Of a stretch of 64,000 nt of DNA, positions 29,486 through 39,988 are shown one piece after another. A program made the position numbers and the translations under genes. The notes below the pieces were generated by a model. That model did no database searches and was not told where the DNA came from. It saw only the letters and a list, made by a program, of their open reading frames with translations. How positions within the stretch are numbered: position 1 is the first letter of the stretch; the number at the start of each line of letters is the position of its first letter. Source of the stretch: Alphaproteobacteria bacterium (GTDB taxonomy: Bacteria > Pseudomonadota > Alphaproteobacteria > CALKHQ01); NCBI GenBank assembly GCA_965227515.1, contig CBDDFZ010000002.1:800001-864000 (forward strand). Direction: 5' to 3'.

Positions 29486-30094
29486 ATGGCGAACGGGCAG
29501 ACCAAACGGGCCGAGGCCGATCCTGCGCTGCTGCCGTCCCAGGCGCTGCGGCTGGCCGCGCTCGGGCCGCTTTCGACCGGGCCGCGCGTCTATGCCGACC
29601 TGGCGAGCGAGGTGCATGAGTTCGCCGCGGCACTGGCGGGACCGTCGCGCGAGACCCTCAGCCTGCCGCTCGACATCATGCGCTATGAGGGCCTGATCGA
29701 GGGCGAGGGCGGCCCGTCGGCGCCGGTCTCGATCACCAAGGCCGGCGAGGAAGAGCTGCACCGGCTGTTGCGTGCGCCGCTGCGCAAGCCATCCGGCGCG
29801 TTCAACAAGCTGTGGCTGGCGCTGAAGTTCCGCTTTCTGGAGCTGTTGCCGCCGGACGAGCGGATCACCGAGATCGACATGATCATCGCGATCTACGTCG
29901 CGGAGATCGACATGCTGGCCGGCTTGCGCCAGCGCGCCTTAACCGGCGAGGGCCATGTCGGTGGCTGGCTGGACCTGGAGATCGCCGAATGCGGGGCGCG
30001 GCTGGCGTGGTGCCGGTCGCTGCGCGCGCGGCTTGCCATGGACCCGGAGTGTGCGGCGCCGCCGCAACCGGAAACGGTGGCCGACGAGTATTGA
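29486..30094 (+). CDS. Hypothetical protein, PadR-like winged helix plus helical C-terminus
   Basis: LRLAALGPL..GPRVYADL, YEGLIE, ITKAGEEEL, LKFRFLELL resemble PadR architecture. Confidence 0.6.
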   Translation: MANGQTKRAEADPALLPSQALRLAALGPLSTGPRVYADLASEVHEFAAALAGPSRETLSLPLDIMRYEGLIEGEGGPSAPVSITKAGEEELHRLLRAPLRKPSGAFNKLWLALKFRFLELLPPDERITEIDMIIAIYVAEIDMLAGLRQRALTGEGHVGGWLDLEIAECGARLAWCRSLRARLAMDPECAAPPQPETVADEY

Positions 30095-30115
30095 GGCGCC
30101 GAAACTAGCCTTTTT

Positions 30116-30261
30116 TGTCATCCTCGGCCGAAGTCCAAGTGTCATTCACTTGGACGAAGCGCCGGCACTTGGACGAAGCGCCGGGGATCCATTTCCGCTA
30201 TCGCGCGAATCCTGACATGGATACTCGACGCTCGGCCTGCCGGCCTCGGTCAAGTATGACA
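30116..30261. repeat. GTCAT...ATGAC-bounded palindromic element with internal 19-bp direct duplication
   Basis: TGTCAT...ATGACA ends; hairpin GTCCAAGTG-TCATT-CACTTGGAC; CACTTGGACGAAGCGCCGG twice (30147-30165, 30166-30184). Confidence 0.7.
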
Positions 30262-30297
30262 ACATAGTGGGACAGCGAACGGGCCTGGGAAACTCAC

Positions 30298-31602
30298 TCA
30301 GAACTCGATGGTGAGCTTTTCCTCGGCGCGGGCCTGGCCCTCGGCGATCTGCTCGTCGCTCAGCAAGTCGTTGAGCTGGCTCAGCGCATCGAAGGCATTC
30401 GGCACGCCGGCATCGGTCGCCACCCGCAGCCAGGCATAGGCCTCCACCGGGTCCGCCTCCACACCCTGGCCGTTGGCCAGCATCAGCCCCAGGTTCAGCA
30501 TCGCCGGCGGATAGCCCTGCACGGCCGCGCTGTTGAACAGGGCAAAGGCGACCAGGTCGTCCTGCACCACGCCGTCGGCCTGCAGGTATTTGAGGCCCAG
30601 GTTGAACTGTGCGGCGGCATAGCCGGCGTCGGCCGCGCGCTGATACCAGCCGACGGCTTGGCCGGAGTCTGGCGCGGTGCCGAGGCCCAGATCGTAGGCG
30701 CGACCGAGGTTGTTCATCGCGGTCAGGTCGCCCTGCGCGGCGGCGGCCTGCCACCACGTGAACGCGGTCTCGTGGTCGGCCCGTTCGCTCGCCAACTGCG
30801 CGAGGGACAATTGCGCGGCAAGGTCGTCGGCGGACGCGGCCTGTTCCAGCCACATGACGGCGGCGTTGGCCTGGCCGTCCTGCTTCAGCAGCATGGTGCC
30901 CAGGCGCGACATGGCTTCGACGTCGCCCTGCTCGGCGGCGGCGGTGTACCAGCGGATCGCGCCCGCGGTATCGCGCGGCACCGCCTCGCCGCGTTCGAGC
31001 AGCTTGCCGAGCGCGACCTGGGCGTCGACCAGCCCGCCCTCCGCCGAACGCACGAGCCAGTCGCGCGCCGCCTCCGCATCGCGCTGGTCCAGCGGGCCAG
31101 CCAGCAACAGGCGGGCCAGATTGAACTGCGCCACCGCATCGCCTTGGTCGGCCGCACGGGCGTACCATGTCGCGGCGGCGTCCAAATCGGCGGCGACCCC
31201 GCGCCCGTCCTCATACATCGCGCCCAGCGCGGCCTGCGCCGATGCGATGCCCTGCTCGGCCGCGGCGGTGTACCAGCGGAGCGCCTCGCCGTCGTCGACC
31301 GGCCCACCGTCGCCATTGGCCAGCATCACCGCCAGATTGTGCTGGGCGACGGCGCGGCCCTGCTCGGCGGCGGCCAGATACCAGCGCCGCGCCTCGGCTA
31401 GGTCGATGGCCGTTCCGGCGCCGGTGGCGTAGGCATAGGCCAGTTCGAGCTGCGCATCGGCGAGCCCGCGCTCGGCCAGAGCCGCGAGTTGGCGGAAGCG
31501 ATCGGCGGCATCGCTGTCGCCATCGGACTGCGCTTGTGCGCCGGCGGTCGCCACGATGGCCGAGAGCAGCACGGCGACGGACAGGAGGAGGCGCGCGATC
31601 AT
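30298..31602 (-). CDS. Secreted Sel1-like repeat protein
   Basis: Signal peptide plus about 9 repeats of WY..AAEQG...AQ.NL. Confidence 0.92.
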   Translation of the reverse strand: MIARLLLSVAVLLSAIVATAGAQAQSDGDSDAADRFRQLAALAERGLADAQLELAYAYATGAGTAIDLAEARRWYLAAAEQGRAVAQHNLAVMLANGDGGPVDDGEALRWYTAAAEQGIASAQAALGAMYEDGRGVAADLDAAATWYARAADQGDAVAQFNLARLLLAGPLDQRDAEAARDWLVRSAEGGLVDAQVALGKLLERGEAVPRDTAGAIRWYTAAAEQGDVEAMSRLGTMLLKQDGQANAAVMWLEQAASADDLAAQLSLAQLASERADHETAFTWWQAAAAQGDLTAMNNLGRAYDLGLGTAPDSGQAVGWYQRAADAGYAAAQFNLGLKYLQADGVVQDDLVAFALFNSAAVQGYPPAMLNLGLMLANGQGVEADPVEAYAWLRVATDAGVPNAFDALSQLNDLLSDEQIAEGQARAEEKLTIEF

Positions 31603-32225
31603 GGCGCATGCTCCTGCAAGATGTCTGCCGCGGCGGCCAGATCGTCAGGAGTGTTGATGTTCAGGAAGGGGTCGAACGGCCGGTTCTCGAACGCTGCGAC
31701 CGCGACGCGGTAGGTGCCGGTCCAGGCATCCACCTTGCGCACGCCATGCTCGACGACGGCGGCGCGCAACGCGTCGGCCAGGGCCAGCGGCCACAGGCCG
31801 AACACCGGGTGTGTGCGGCTGCCGGACGACACGGTCGCCATGTCGGCGTCCGATCCCACCAGTGCGGCCATGCGCGCGACCAGGTCGCGGGGCAGGAACG
31901 GTGCATCGGCGGCGACGCTGGCGACGTAGCGGGGCCGTGGCGCCGTCTCGGCGGCCCACATCAGGCCGGCCAGGATGCCGGCCAGCGGGCCGGCGAAACC
32001 CTCCAACGGGTCGGCGACCACGGGCAGGCCGAACGCGGCGAAGCGCGCCGGGTCGCCATTCGCATTGATCGCGATCCGATCCACCTGCGGGCGCAGCCTG
32101 TCGATGACATGGGCCAGCAGCGGCCGTCCGCCGAGCGACTTCAGCGCCTTGTCGCCACCGCCCATGCGCCGCGACAGTCCGCCGGCAAGCACGATGCCGC
32201 ATATTCCAGTTTGGTCTTCTTGCAC
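31599..32225 (-). CDS. mobA: Molybdenum cofactor guanylyltransferase
   Basis: VLAGGLSRRMGGGDK, GPLAGI, DAPFLP, HPVFGLW, FLNINTPDDL. Confidence 0.95.
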   Translation of the reverse strand: MQEDQTGICGIVLAGGLSRRMGGGDKALKSLGGRPLLAHVIDRLRPQVDRIAINANGDPARFAAFGLPVVADPLEGFAGPLAGILAGLMWAAETAPRPRYVASVAADAPFLPRDLVARMAALVGSDADMATVSSGSRTHPVFGLWPLALADALRAAVVEHGVRKVDAWTGTYRVAVAAFENRPFDPFLNINTPDDLAAAADILQEHAP

Positions 32226-32508
32226 AGCGGAGCCGAGGGTGGTGCGCAGGGCCGAGATCAGTGTGCCGGCGGGCTCATGACCGCGTCCGCAACCGTGCGC
32301 ACGTGGCGGGGAGGTGAGCCGACCGCCGGATTGAGAGGGGCGAGACTAAGCCTGAAAATTCACGAATTTGTCAAGAAAGGCCGGCGGGACGAGATTTCTT
32401 GAACATCATGCCAAGCCTGGACATGGATGCGGACTGGTGCCGGCCGGCGCCAAATCGGTTAGGGTGCCAGCCCTTTTCCCACCCGCAACCCGCACAGGAT
32501 TCAGACGC

Positions 32509-32691
32509 ATGGCCGCCAACTCGGATTGGTTCAGACCGCTCTACAGGCGTGTCATCGTGTTCTCGTTGTGCCTGGCGGGCCTGCTGGTCGAGGTCCTGGT
32601 GCTGCAGGAAGAGATCTGGACCTATGTCTGGGGCGGCATCACTGCCTATGCGGCCTACGACTTCTTCCTCAGCGGCAAATATTCCGGCTGA
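32509..32691 (+). CDS. Small two-TM membrane protein (DUF3329-like)
   Basis: WFRPLYRRVIV..C followed by two hydrophobic helices; AGGA RBS. Confidence 0.6.
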   Translation: MAANSDWFRPLYRRVIVFSLCLAGLLVEVLVLQEEIWTYVWGGITAYAAYDFFLSGKYSG

Positions 32692-32866
32692 CCCTTTGCA
32701 CCTGCCGGCGCACGCGAATGTTACGGTCAAGTGACCGCAGTCACTGCGTGCCCAATTGAGGTCCCATTTCCGCCCCCGAAGCGCCGGATGGGATGAGACA
32801 TACGGTTCCATGCAGAACAACGGCGGCCCCATCGCGTGCGGGCCGCCCTCGAGAAGGAACCGCACC

Positions 32867-33073
32867 ATGTCCTACCGTCACCTGATTCTGGGCCGCAGCA
32901 TCGTGGCGCACCAGCCCGCGGACACCCGTCGCGGCGATGCGCGTGCCGAAACCTCCTATCGCACTGCCGACCAGGAGCGCTTCGACGAGATGGTCCGCAT
33001 CGTCCGCCGCAACCGCGTCGTACAGCCGATCGCGGCAACCACGGGCGGCGCCGCGTTCCCGCGCCAGGGATAA
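32867..33073 (+). CDS. Small hypothetical protein
   Basis: AAGGAA RBS before ATG 32867; GC3-rich codons; 68 aa. Confidence 0.45.
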   Translation: MSYRHLILGRSIVAHQPADTRRGDARAETSYRTADQERFDEMVRIVRRNRVVQPIAATTGGAAFPRQG

Positions 33074-33157
33074 AGCATCGCACTTCTTTCGCGTGCGCCA
33101 TGCGTCTACCATGCCTGCCCGGCCCACACGCGGCTGCAACAGGCATGGTGAACCCTG

Positions 33158-33997
33158 GTGGCACTGACTGACGACCAGATCGCGGCGTTCGAGCGCGATG
33201 GCTTCCTTGTCCTGGAACGCCTGATCGACCCTGCGGCCTGCGACGCGCTGCGGGCGCGGGCGGACGACCTGGTCGACGCCTTCGACCCCGGGCCGGTGGC
33301 GGCGGTGTTCTCCACCACCTCCCGGGTGCAGGACCGCGACGACTATTTCCTCGGTTCCGGCGGCGACGTGCGCTTCTTCTTCGAGGAAGACGCCTTCGAT
33401 GGCGACGGCGCGCTGACCCGCCCCAAGGCCCAGGCGCTGAACAAGTTCGGCCATGCCATGCATGATCTGGACCCGGTGTTCGACCGGTTTTCGCGCCAGC
33501 CGCAGATCGCCGAGACGGTGCGCGCGCTCGGCTACGCCGACCCCCTGCTGCTGCAATCCATGTACATCTTCAAGCCGCCCCACATCGGCGGCGAAGTGGT
33601 GCCGCACCAGGACGGGACCTTCCTTTATGCCGCGCCCAAGCCGGTGCTGGGCCTGTGGTTCGCGCTGGAGGACGCCAGCCGCGACAATGCCTGCCTGTGG
33701 GCGTTGCCGGGCGGCCACCTGGGCGGCCTGAAAAGCCGCTATGCGCGCCATACGGACGGTTCGACCGATATGACCGTGCACGACGCCACGCCGTGGGACA
33801 CTACGGGCGGCGTGGCTCTGGAGGTGCCCAAGGGCACCATGATCGCATTGCATGGCCTGGTGCCGCACTGGAGCGGCCCGAACCGGTCGGACAAGTCGCG
33901 CCATGCCTACACGCTGCATCTGCTCGACGCATCCGCCGACTACCCGGCCGACAACTGGCTGCAGCGCCCGCCCGGCATGCCTCTGCGCGGGTTCTGA
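33158..33997 (+). CDS. Phytanoyl-CoA dioxygenase family (PHYHD1-like) 2OG-Fe(II) oxygenase
   Basis: FERDGFLV, NKFGHAMH, QSMYIFK, HQD, WFALEDA, H.S.PNRS..SRHAY. Confidence 0.92.
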   Translation: MALTDDQIAAFERDGFLVLERLIDPAACDALRARADDLVDAFDPGPVAAVFSTTSRVQDRDDYFLGSGGDVRFFFEEDAFDGDGALTRPKAQALNKFGHAMHDLDPVFDRFSRQPQIAETVRALGYADPLLLQSMYIFKPPHIGGEVVPHQDGTFLYAAPKPVLGLWFALEDASRDNACLWALPGGHLGGLKSRYARHTDGSTDMTVHDATPWDTTGGVALEVPKGTMIALHGLVPHWSGPNRSDKSRHAYTLHLLDASADYPADNWLQRPPGMPLRGF

Positions 33998-34020
33998 CCA
34001 GCGTGACGGCGGTGCGAGCG

Positions 34021-34608
34021 ATGGCGCGATCTTGGGTTGCGGGGCTCTGCCTCGCGCTGGCGTCGGTCCCGGCACTGGGAGAGGACTTCTCCGCCAATTC
34101 CGTCGCGCAGAGTTGGGGCCTGACATCCGAGCAGAAGGCACGTTTCGAGGCCACGGTGGTCGACGTCTTGTGCGAGGTCGCCGGCGACTGCGTCGAGAAC
34201 TGCGGTGGTGGCGAGCGCCTGCTCGGCTTGCTGCGCAGCGCCGACAACGTGCTGGTGCTGGCCTCTCGCAATGCGCAGCAACTGTTCACCGGCGCGGTGC
34301 ATGACCTGCTGCCGTTCTGTGGCCAGCGGGTCGTTGTTGACGGCTTGTTGATCGGCGCGCCCGACCAGATCGCGATGCCGGTCTACGAGGTCCAGATCGT
34401 GCGCCCGGTCGACCAGACGCGGTGGGTGCCGGCGACCCGCTGGACCGAGGTTTGGGCGACCCTCTATCCCGACGCGGCGGCGCAGGCCGCGGCGACCCAC
34501 GAATTCTGGTTCCGGCACGACCCGCGTGTGCAGGCCTTGATCGCGCGCGATGGCTATCTGGGCCTGGGGCTCGATGTCGACGCCGCATTCATCGACGGGA
34601 TGTACTGA
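34021..34608 (+). CDS. Exported Cys-motif hypothetical protein (paralog of 35211..35813)
   Basis: Signal peptide; VVDVLCEVAGDCVENCGGG; WFRHDPRV..LIARDGYLGLG. Confidence 0.8.
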   Translation: MARSWVAGLCLALASVPALGEDFSANSVAQSWGLTSEQKARFEATVVDVLCEVAGDCVENCGGGERLLGLLRSADNVLVLASRNAQQLFTGAVHDLLPFCGQRVVVDGLLIGAPDQIAMPVYEVQIVRPVDQTRWVPATRWTEVWATLYPDAAAQAAATHEFWFRHDPRVQALIARDGYLGLGLDVDAAFIDGMY

Positions 34609-34728
34609 CCCGACCGATTAGCGCTGGCTCCCGGCACTCTCACATCTGTGTTGTCAGCCGTGATTTGCCGTGCCCACTGCCCGACAGTACCGTTCTGACA
34701 CGGGACGACGGACAGGGAGACGCGCAAC

Positions 34729-35211
34729 ATGCGCAGGCTCGATATTTCGAAGTTGAAGCGCGGTGGCGTTGCGGCGGCGGTCGCCGTGATGGGCGCCGGC
34801 GCGGCGGTGCTGCCGGCACACGCCGAGGAGCGGGTGCAGGTCACCGGCGAGATCATAGACACCTGGTGCTACCTCTCCGGCGTGATGGGCGGCCCGGACG
34901 CGGTGGTCGGCTCCGCCCACCACACCTGCGCGCTGTGGTGTGCCGCGGGCGGCATTCCGGTCGGCGTGCTGGGCGATGACGGCACCGTCTACATGGTGCT
35001 GAAGCTGGGCAACGGCGACGACGCGATCACCGGCGGCGATGCGATCCTGGAGATCCAGTCCAACCGGATCACCGCCGACGGCACCCTCTACGAGCGCGAC
35101 GGCATCAACTACCTGGTGGTCAACGACGTGGTCGCCAACGAGGGCATCACCAACCTGTCGCACGAGACCTTCGGCGTGGTGCCGCCCTTCGCAATTCCGG
35201 CGCCGGAGTGA
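34729..35211 (+). CDS. Exported Cys/His-motif hypothetical protein
   Basis: GGGAG RBS, signal peptide, GEIIDTWCY...HHTCALWCAAGGIPVG. Confidence 0.82.
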   Translation: MRRLDISKLKRGGVAAAVAVMGAGAAVLPAHAEERVQVTGEIIDTWCYLSGVMGGPDAVVGSAHHTCALWCAAGGIPVGVLGDDGTVYMVLKLGNGDDAITGGDAILEIQSNRITADGTLYERDGINYLVVNDVVANEGITNLSHETFGVVPPFAIPAPE

Positions 35212-35813
35212 TGGCCATGACATTCACGACGAAGCATTCGCTGCGCGGCGCGGTCGCGGCGCTCGGTACGGTGGCCTTCGCCACTGCGGCGACGGCGCAG
35301 GACTTCTCCGCCAATTCGGAGGCCAATGGCTGGGGCCTGGCATCGGAGCAGAAGGCCCGGTTCGAGGCGACAGTGGTCGACATTCTGTGCGAGCTGGCCG
35401 GCGACTGCGTCGACGACTGCGGCAACGGCGATCGCCAGCTCGGGCTGCTGCGCAGTGCCGATGATGTGCTGGTGCTGGCGGCGAAGAACACGCAGCCGAT
35501 CTTCACCGGCGCGGCCCAGGACCTCGCTCCCTACTGCAACCAGCTTGTGGAAGTGGACGGACTGCTGATCGGCCCGGCCGATCTGACCGCGATGCCGGTC
35601 TACCAGGTGCAGGTGATCCGCCCGGTCGGCGAGAGCGAGTGGAGCAAGGCCAACCGCTGGACCGAGGCCTGGACGGCCGCCAACCCGGAAGCGGCCGGCC
35701 TGGACGGGCCTTGGTTCCGTAACGACCCGCGGGTGAACGCGCTGATCGCGCGCGACGGGTTCCTGGGCCTGGGCGAGGCGGTGGACGCCGCCTTCATCGA
35801 GGAGTGGTTCTGA
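35211..35813 (+). CDS. Exported Cys-motif hypothetical protein
   Basis: Signal peptide; VVDILCELAGDCVDDCGNG; TGATG coupling to both neighbours. Confidence 0.85.
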   Translation: MAMTFTTKHSLRGAVAALGTVAFATAATAQDFSANSEANGWGLASEQKARFEATVVDILCELAGDCVDDCGNGDRQLGLLRSADDVLVLAAKNTQPIFTGAAQDLAPYCNQLVEVDGLLIGPADLTAMPVYQVQVIRPVGESEWSKANRWTEAWTAANPEAAGLDGPWFRNDPRVNALIARDGFLGLGEAVDAAFIEEWF

Positions 35814-36514
35814 TGGCGCGCATGAACCTGATCGTGCCCGCCGCATTGGGCCTTGCGGTGTCGTGCGTTGCCGTGGCCGCCGCCCACGACGGCGTCGTTC
35901 ACTTCTCCGAGGAAGAGGCGGCGCGCCACGAGGCGCAAGGCGGTGAGGCCTTCGAGGTCTTCGACGCGGCGACCGACGCGCCCGGCGCCGAGAGTGGCGC
36001 GGGCATTCCGGATGGGCCGGCGCTGCCGTTCCCGGTGCAGATCGAGGCCAGGTTCGACCTGATCGACCACAACGGCACGCCGCGCACCCAGGAGTCGTTC
36101 CCCGGCAAAACGCTGATGGTGTTCTTCGGCTACGCCAACTGCGATTCCATCTGCTCGGTTGCCCTGCCGCGCATGGCACAGGCGCTCGATCTGATGGGCG
36201 CGACGGCGGCCAACGTGCAGGCGGTGATGATCACGGTCGACCCGGCCAACGACACGGTCGCGGCAATGCAGGACAAGATGCCGACCTTCCATCCCGACCT
36301 GCTGGGGTTGACCGGCGATGCCGCAGCCCTGCAGGCCGCGTATGACGCCTTTCAGGTGGAGGTGAAGCAGGTGACGACGCTCCCGGATGGGCAGCCGGTC
36401 TACGCGCACGGCTCGTTCGTCTACCTGATCGGGGCCGATGGCACGCTGCTGACGGTGCTGCCGCCGATCCTCAGCTCCGAGCGTATCGCCGAGCTGGTGG
36501 AGCACTACCTCTGA
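35813..36514 (+). CDS. SCO1/SenC family copper chaperone
   Basis: FFGYANCDSIC (CxxxC), ITVDPAND, YAHGSFVYL; N-terminal HDGVVH after the signal peptide. Confidence 0.92.
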   Translation: MARMNLIVPAALGLAVSCVAVAAAHDGVVHFSEEEAARHEAQGGEAFEVFDAATDAPGAESGAGIPDGPALPFPVQIEARFDLIDHNGTPRTQESFPGKTLMVFFGYANCDSICSVALPRMAQALDLMGATAANVQAVMITVDPANDTVAAMQDKMPTFHPDLLGLTGDAAALQAAYDAFQVEVKQVTTLPDGQPVYAHGSFVYLIGADGTLLTVLPPILSSERIAELVEHYL

Positions 36515-36541
36515 GGCTTCTGAGGGCGACGGCGGTCGGCG

Positions 36542-36748
36542 TCATGCGGTTGCGGCGACCTCCACGTTGGCAGGTCGTCGCTGACCGCGCCGTGCCCACA
36601 CACGCTCGTGCAGAGTGTAGGCGACGGTCTGCACCGCCGGCTCGATGATGCCGATGCCGAGCGCGATCGCCCAGTCGCCGGATAGCGCATACGCCACGGC
36701 GATTGCCACCAGCAGGTGCATCGTCGCGTAGCTCGTCGTCTTCGCCAT
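36542..36748 (-). CDS. DUF2061 family small membrane protein
   Basis: KTTSYATMH...ALGIGIIEPAVQTVAYTLHERVW. Confidence 0.85.
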   Translation of the reverse strand: MAKTTSYATMHLLVAIAVAYALSGDWAIALGIGIIEPAVQTVAYTLHERVWARRGQRRPANVEVAATA

Positions 36749-36936
36749 GAACCGCATCTCGCAACTCCCAAGTCTGGCGCCGAGCCCTGCCTGGCCGGCA
36801 CACCCGATCGCAATGAGTGTTTTGCAATTGCGACGCATTCTCATTTAGGGGTTTGCGCACTGTCTGTCAATGGGTGGTGACCACGCGATGATGAGGGATT
36901 GATGTCTTCGATAATGGTGCCGCCGGTCCCCACGGG

Positions 36937-37042
36937 CGTCATTGCGAGCGCAGCGAAGCAATCCAGGCGTCAGCCGTGGCGGTTTCAATGATGTTCTGGA
37001 TTGCCGCGTCGCGCCGAAGTCTCGCCGCTCCTCGCAATGACG
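36937..37042. repeat. CGTC-tagged palindromic intergenic repeat
   Basis: CGTCATTGCGAGCGCAGCGAAGCAATCCAG...CTGGATTGCCGCGTCGC...CTCCTCGCAATGACG. Confidence 0.88.
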
Positions 37043-37096
37043 GCTGATCGGGAAGTCGGCCCCAGCATTGACGTGCCGTCGGCGGTGAGGACAAAC

Positions 37097-37130
37097 AAAA
37101 AAGCCCTCCCCCGCGGGTGCGGGGGAGGGC
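37097..37130 (-). terminator. Rho-independent terminator of the small heat-shock gene
   Basis: 12-bp stem GCCCTCCCCCGC/GCGGGGGAGGGC followed by a U6 tract on the minus strand. Confidence 0.9.
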
Positions 37131-37196
37131 GGTTGCGTCAATCAGACCGCGTCGAGCACGGTGCCATTGCCATTGCCGTTGCCGTTGCCGGTGCGG

Positions 37197-37667
37197 CTAG
37201 GCAGCCTTCTTCTGCTCGATGGTCTTGGTGTCGCGGCCGGTCTCGTCGCCGGTGCGGATCGAGATCGTGCGGGGCCGCTTGGACTCCGGAATCTCGCGCT
37301 CCAGGGCAACGTAGAGCATGCCGTGCTCAAGGCGGGCGTCACCGACCTTGATGTCGTCGGCCAGATTGAACTGGCGCTCGAACGCACGGTTGGCGATGCC
37401 GCGATGCAGGAAGGTCCGGCCCTCGGTCTCGTCCTCGGACTGGCCCTTGATCACCAGGGACCCGTCCTGGACGGTCATCGTCAGGTTCTCGGGCGAGAAG
37501 CCGGCGACCGCGACGGCGAGCTCATACTCGTTCTCGTCGGTCTTGACGATGTTGTAGGGCGGATAGCTGGACTGCTGGCCCTGCGCCGCTGCGGAATCGA
37601 GCAGGCGGGTCATGCGGTCAAAGCCGATGCTGGAACGGAAAAGCGGGGAAAAGTCGACAGTACGCAT
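37197..37667 (-). CDS. ibpA: Small heat-shock protein (Hsp20, IbpA-like)
   Basis: DFSPLFRSSIGFDRM, SYPPYNI, AVAGFS, FLHRGIANRAFERQF, IPESKRPRTISI. Confidence 0.93.
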   Translation of the reverse strand: MRTVDFSPLFRSSIGFDRMTRLLDSAAAQGQQSSYPPYNIVKTDENEYELAVAVAGFSPENLTMTVQDGSLVIKGQSEDETEGRTFLHRGIANRAFERQFNLADDIKVGDARLEHGMLYVALEREIPESKRPRTISIRTGDETGRDTKTIEQKKAA

Positions 37668-37766
37668 CTGTACAGTCCTCCAAGAAGCAACTGAGATGTC
37701 AAATGGCCCCCGATGGTTCGGCGAGCCGGTTCACGCGATCGACCCGTAGCCGGCATCGATCGACAG
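37665..37766 (-). ncRNA. ROSE-type RNA thermometer in the hsp20 5' UTR
   Basis: 3' hairpin CAUCU-CAGUUGCU-ucuugg-AGGACUG-uac-AGAUG (37698 to 37665): the UUGCU motif pairs with SD AGGA and the AUG is sequestered. Confidence 0.8.
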
Positions 37767-37772
37767 CAAGCG

Positions 37773-37801
37773 ATATGGGAACGGGCCGGCCCCGATTCAA
37801 G
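37773..37801 (-). promoter_or_regulatory. RpoH (sigma32) promoter
   Basis: CTTGAA-N16-CCCATAT on the minus strand, about 105 nt upstream of hsp20. Confidence 0.85.
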
Positions 37802-37932
37802 ACCCCGGTGATGCTGTGATTTGGCATCCAGATGAGGATTCGGCATACTGGCCCCACATGCCCTGCTGGATCGGGGGACCGCCCATGCGGGGCGGCCAGG
37901 ATTGGGGATGATGGCCAGGACGGTGCAGGACG

Positions 37933-38331
37933 ATGAGTGAATCGCCGCTGTTTTTCAGCAAGCTCTACGACGAGACAATGGCGCAGCTTTGCGAGGCGCG
38001 CGACCTGATCGGCCGGCGCATGGGCGCCGATGCGTCGCTGCCGATCCCCGTGAGGCTCGCGTACAGCCGTGAGACCATGCGCCTGAGCACGCGCCTGACC
38101 AGCGTGATGGCGTGGCTCCTGATGCAGCGCGCGGTGATCGAGGGGGAAATGTCCGCGGCCGATGCCGCCAAGGACGAGCACCGTCTGGCCGGTCGCGACC
38201 TCTGCCTGGAGGGTGCCTGCGCCGAGCACGACGAATTGCCGGCGGCCCTTCGCGCCTTGCTCGACCAGAGCCATGGCCTCTACCAGCGCGTGGCGCGGCT
38301 CGACGACATGGTGGCAAGTCAGGCTGGCTGA
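37933..38331 (+). CDS. rcdA: DUF1465 family protein, RcdA-like regulator of CtrA degradation
   Basis: LYDETM, AYSRETMRLSTRLTSVMAWLLMQRAV.EGEMS, LYQRVARLD. Confidence 0.82.
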   Translation: MSESPLFFSKLYDETMAQLCEARDLIGRRMGADASLPIPVRLAYSRETMRLSTRLTSVMAWLLMQRAVIEGEMSAADAAKDEHRLAGRDLCLEGACAEHDELPAALRALLDQSHGLYQRVARLDDMVASQAG

Positions 38332-38374
38332 TAATTGCCGCCAACCCTTGCGTCCAACAACCCAGCGGGGGTGA

Positions 38375-39984
<1,610 letters not shown>

Positions 39985-39988
<4 letters not shown>

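Noticed and set aside
30147-30184. Direct repeats as a mini-CRISPR
   Set aside because: Only two abutting 19-bp copies, with no spacers and no cas genes.
37162-37191. TGCCRT hexamer run downstream of hsp20
   Set aside because: Short degenerate 3' UTR microsatellite; the overlapping ORFs that would encode GNGNGN are shadows.
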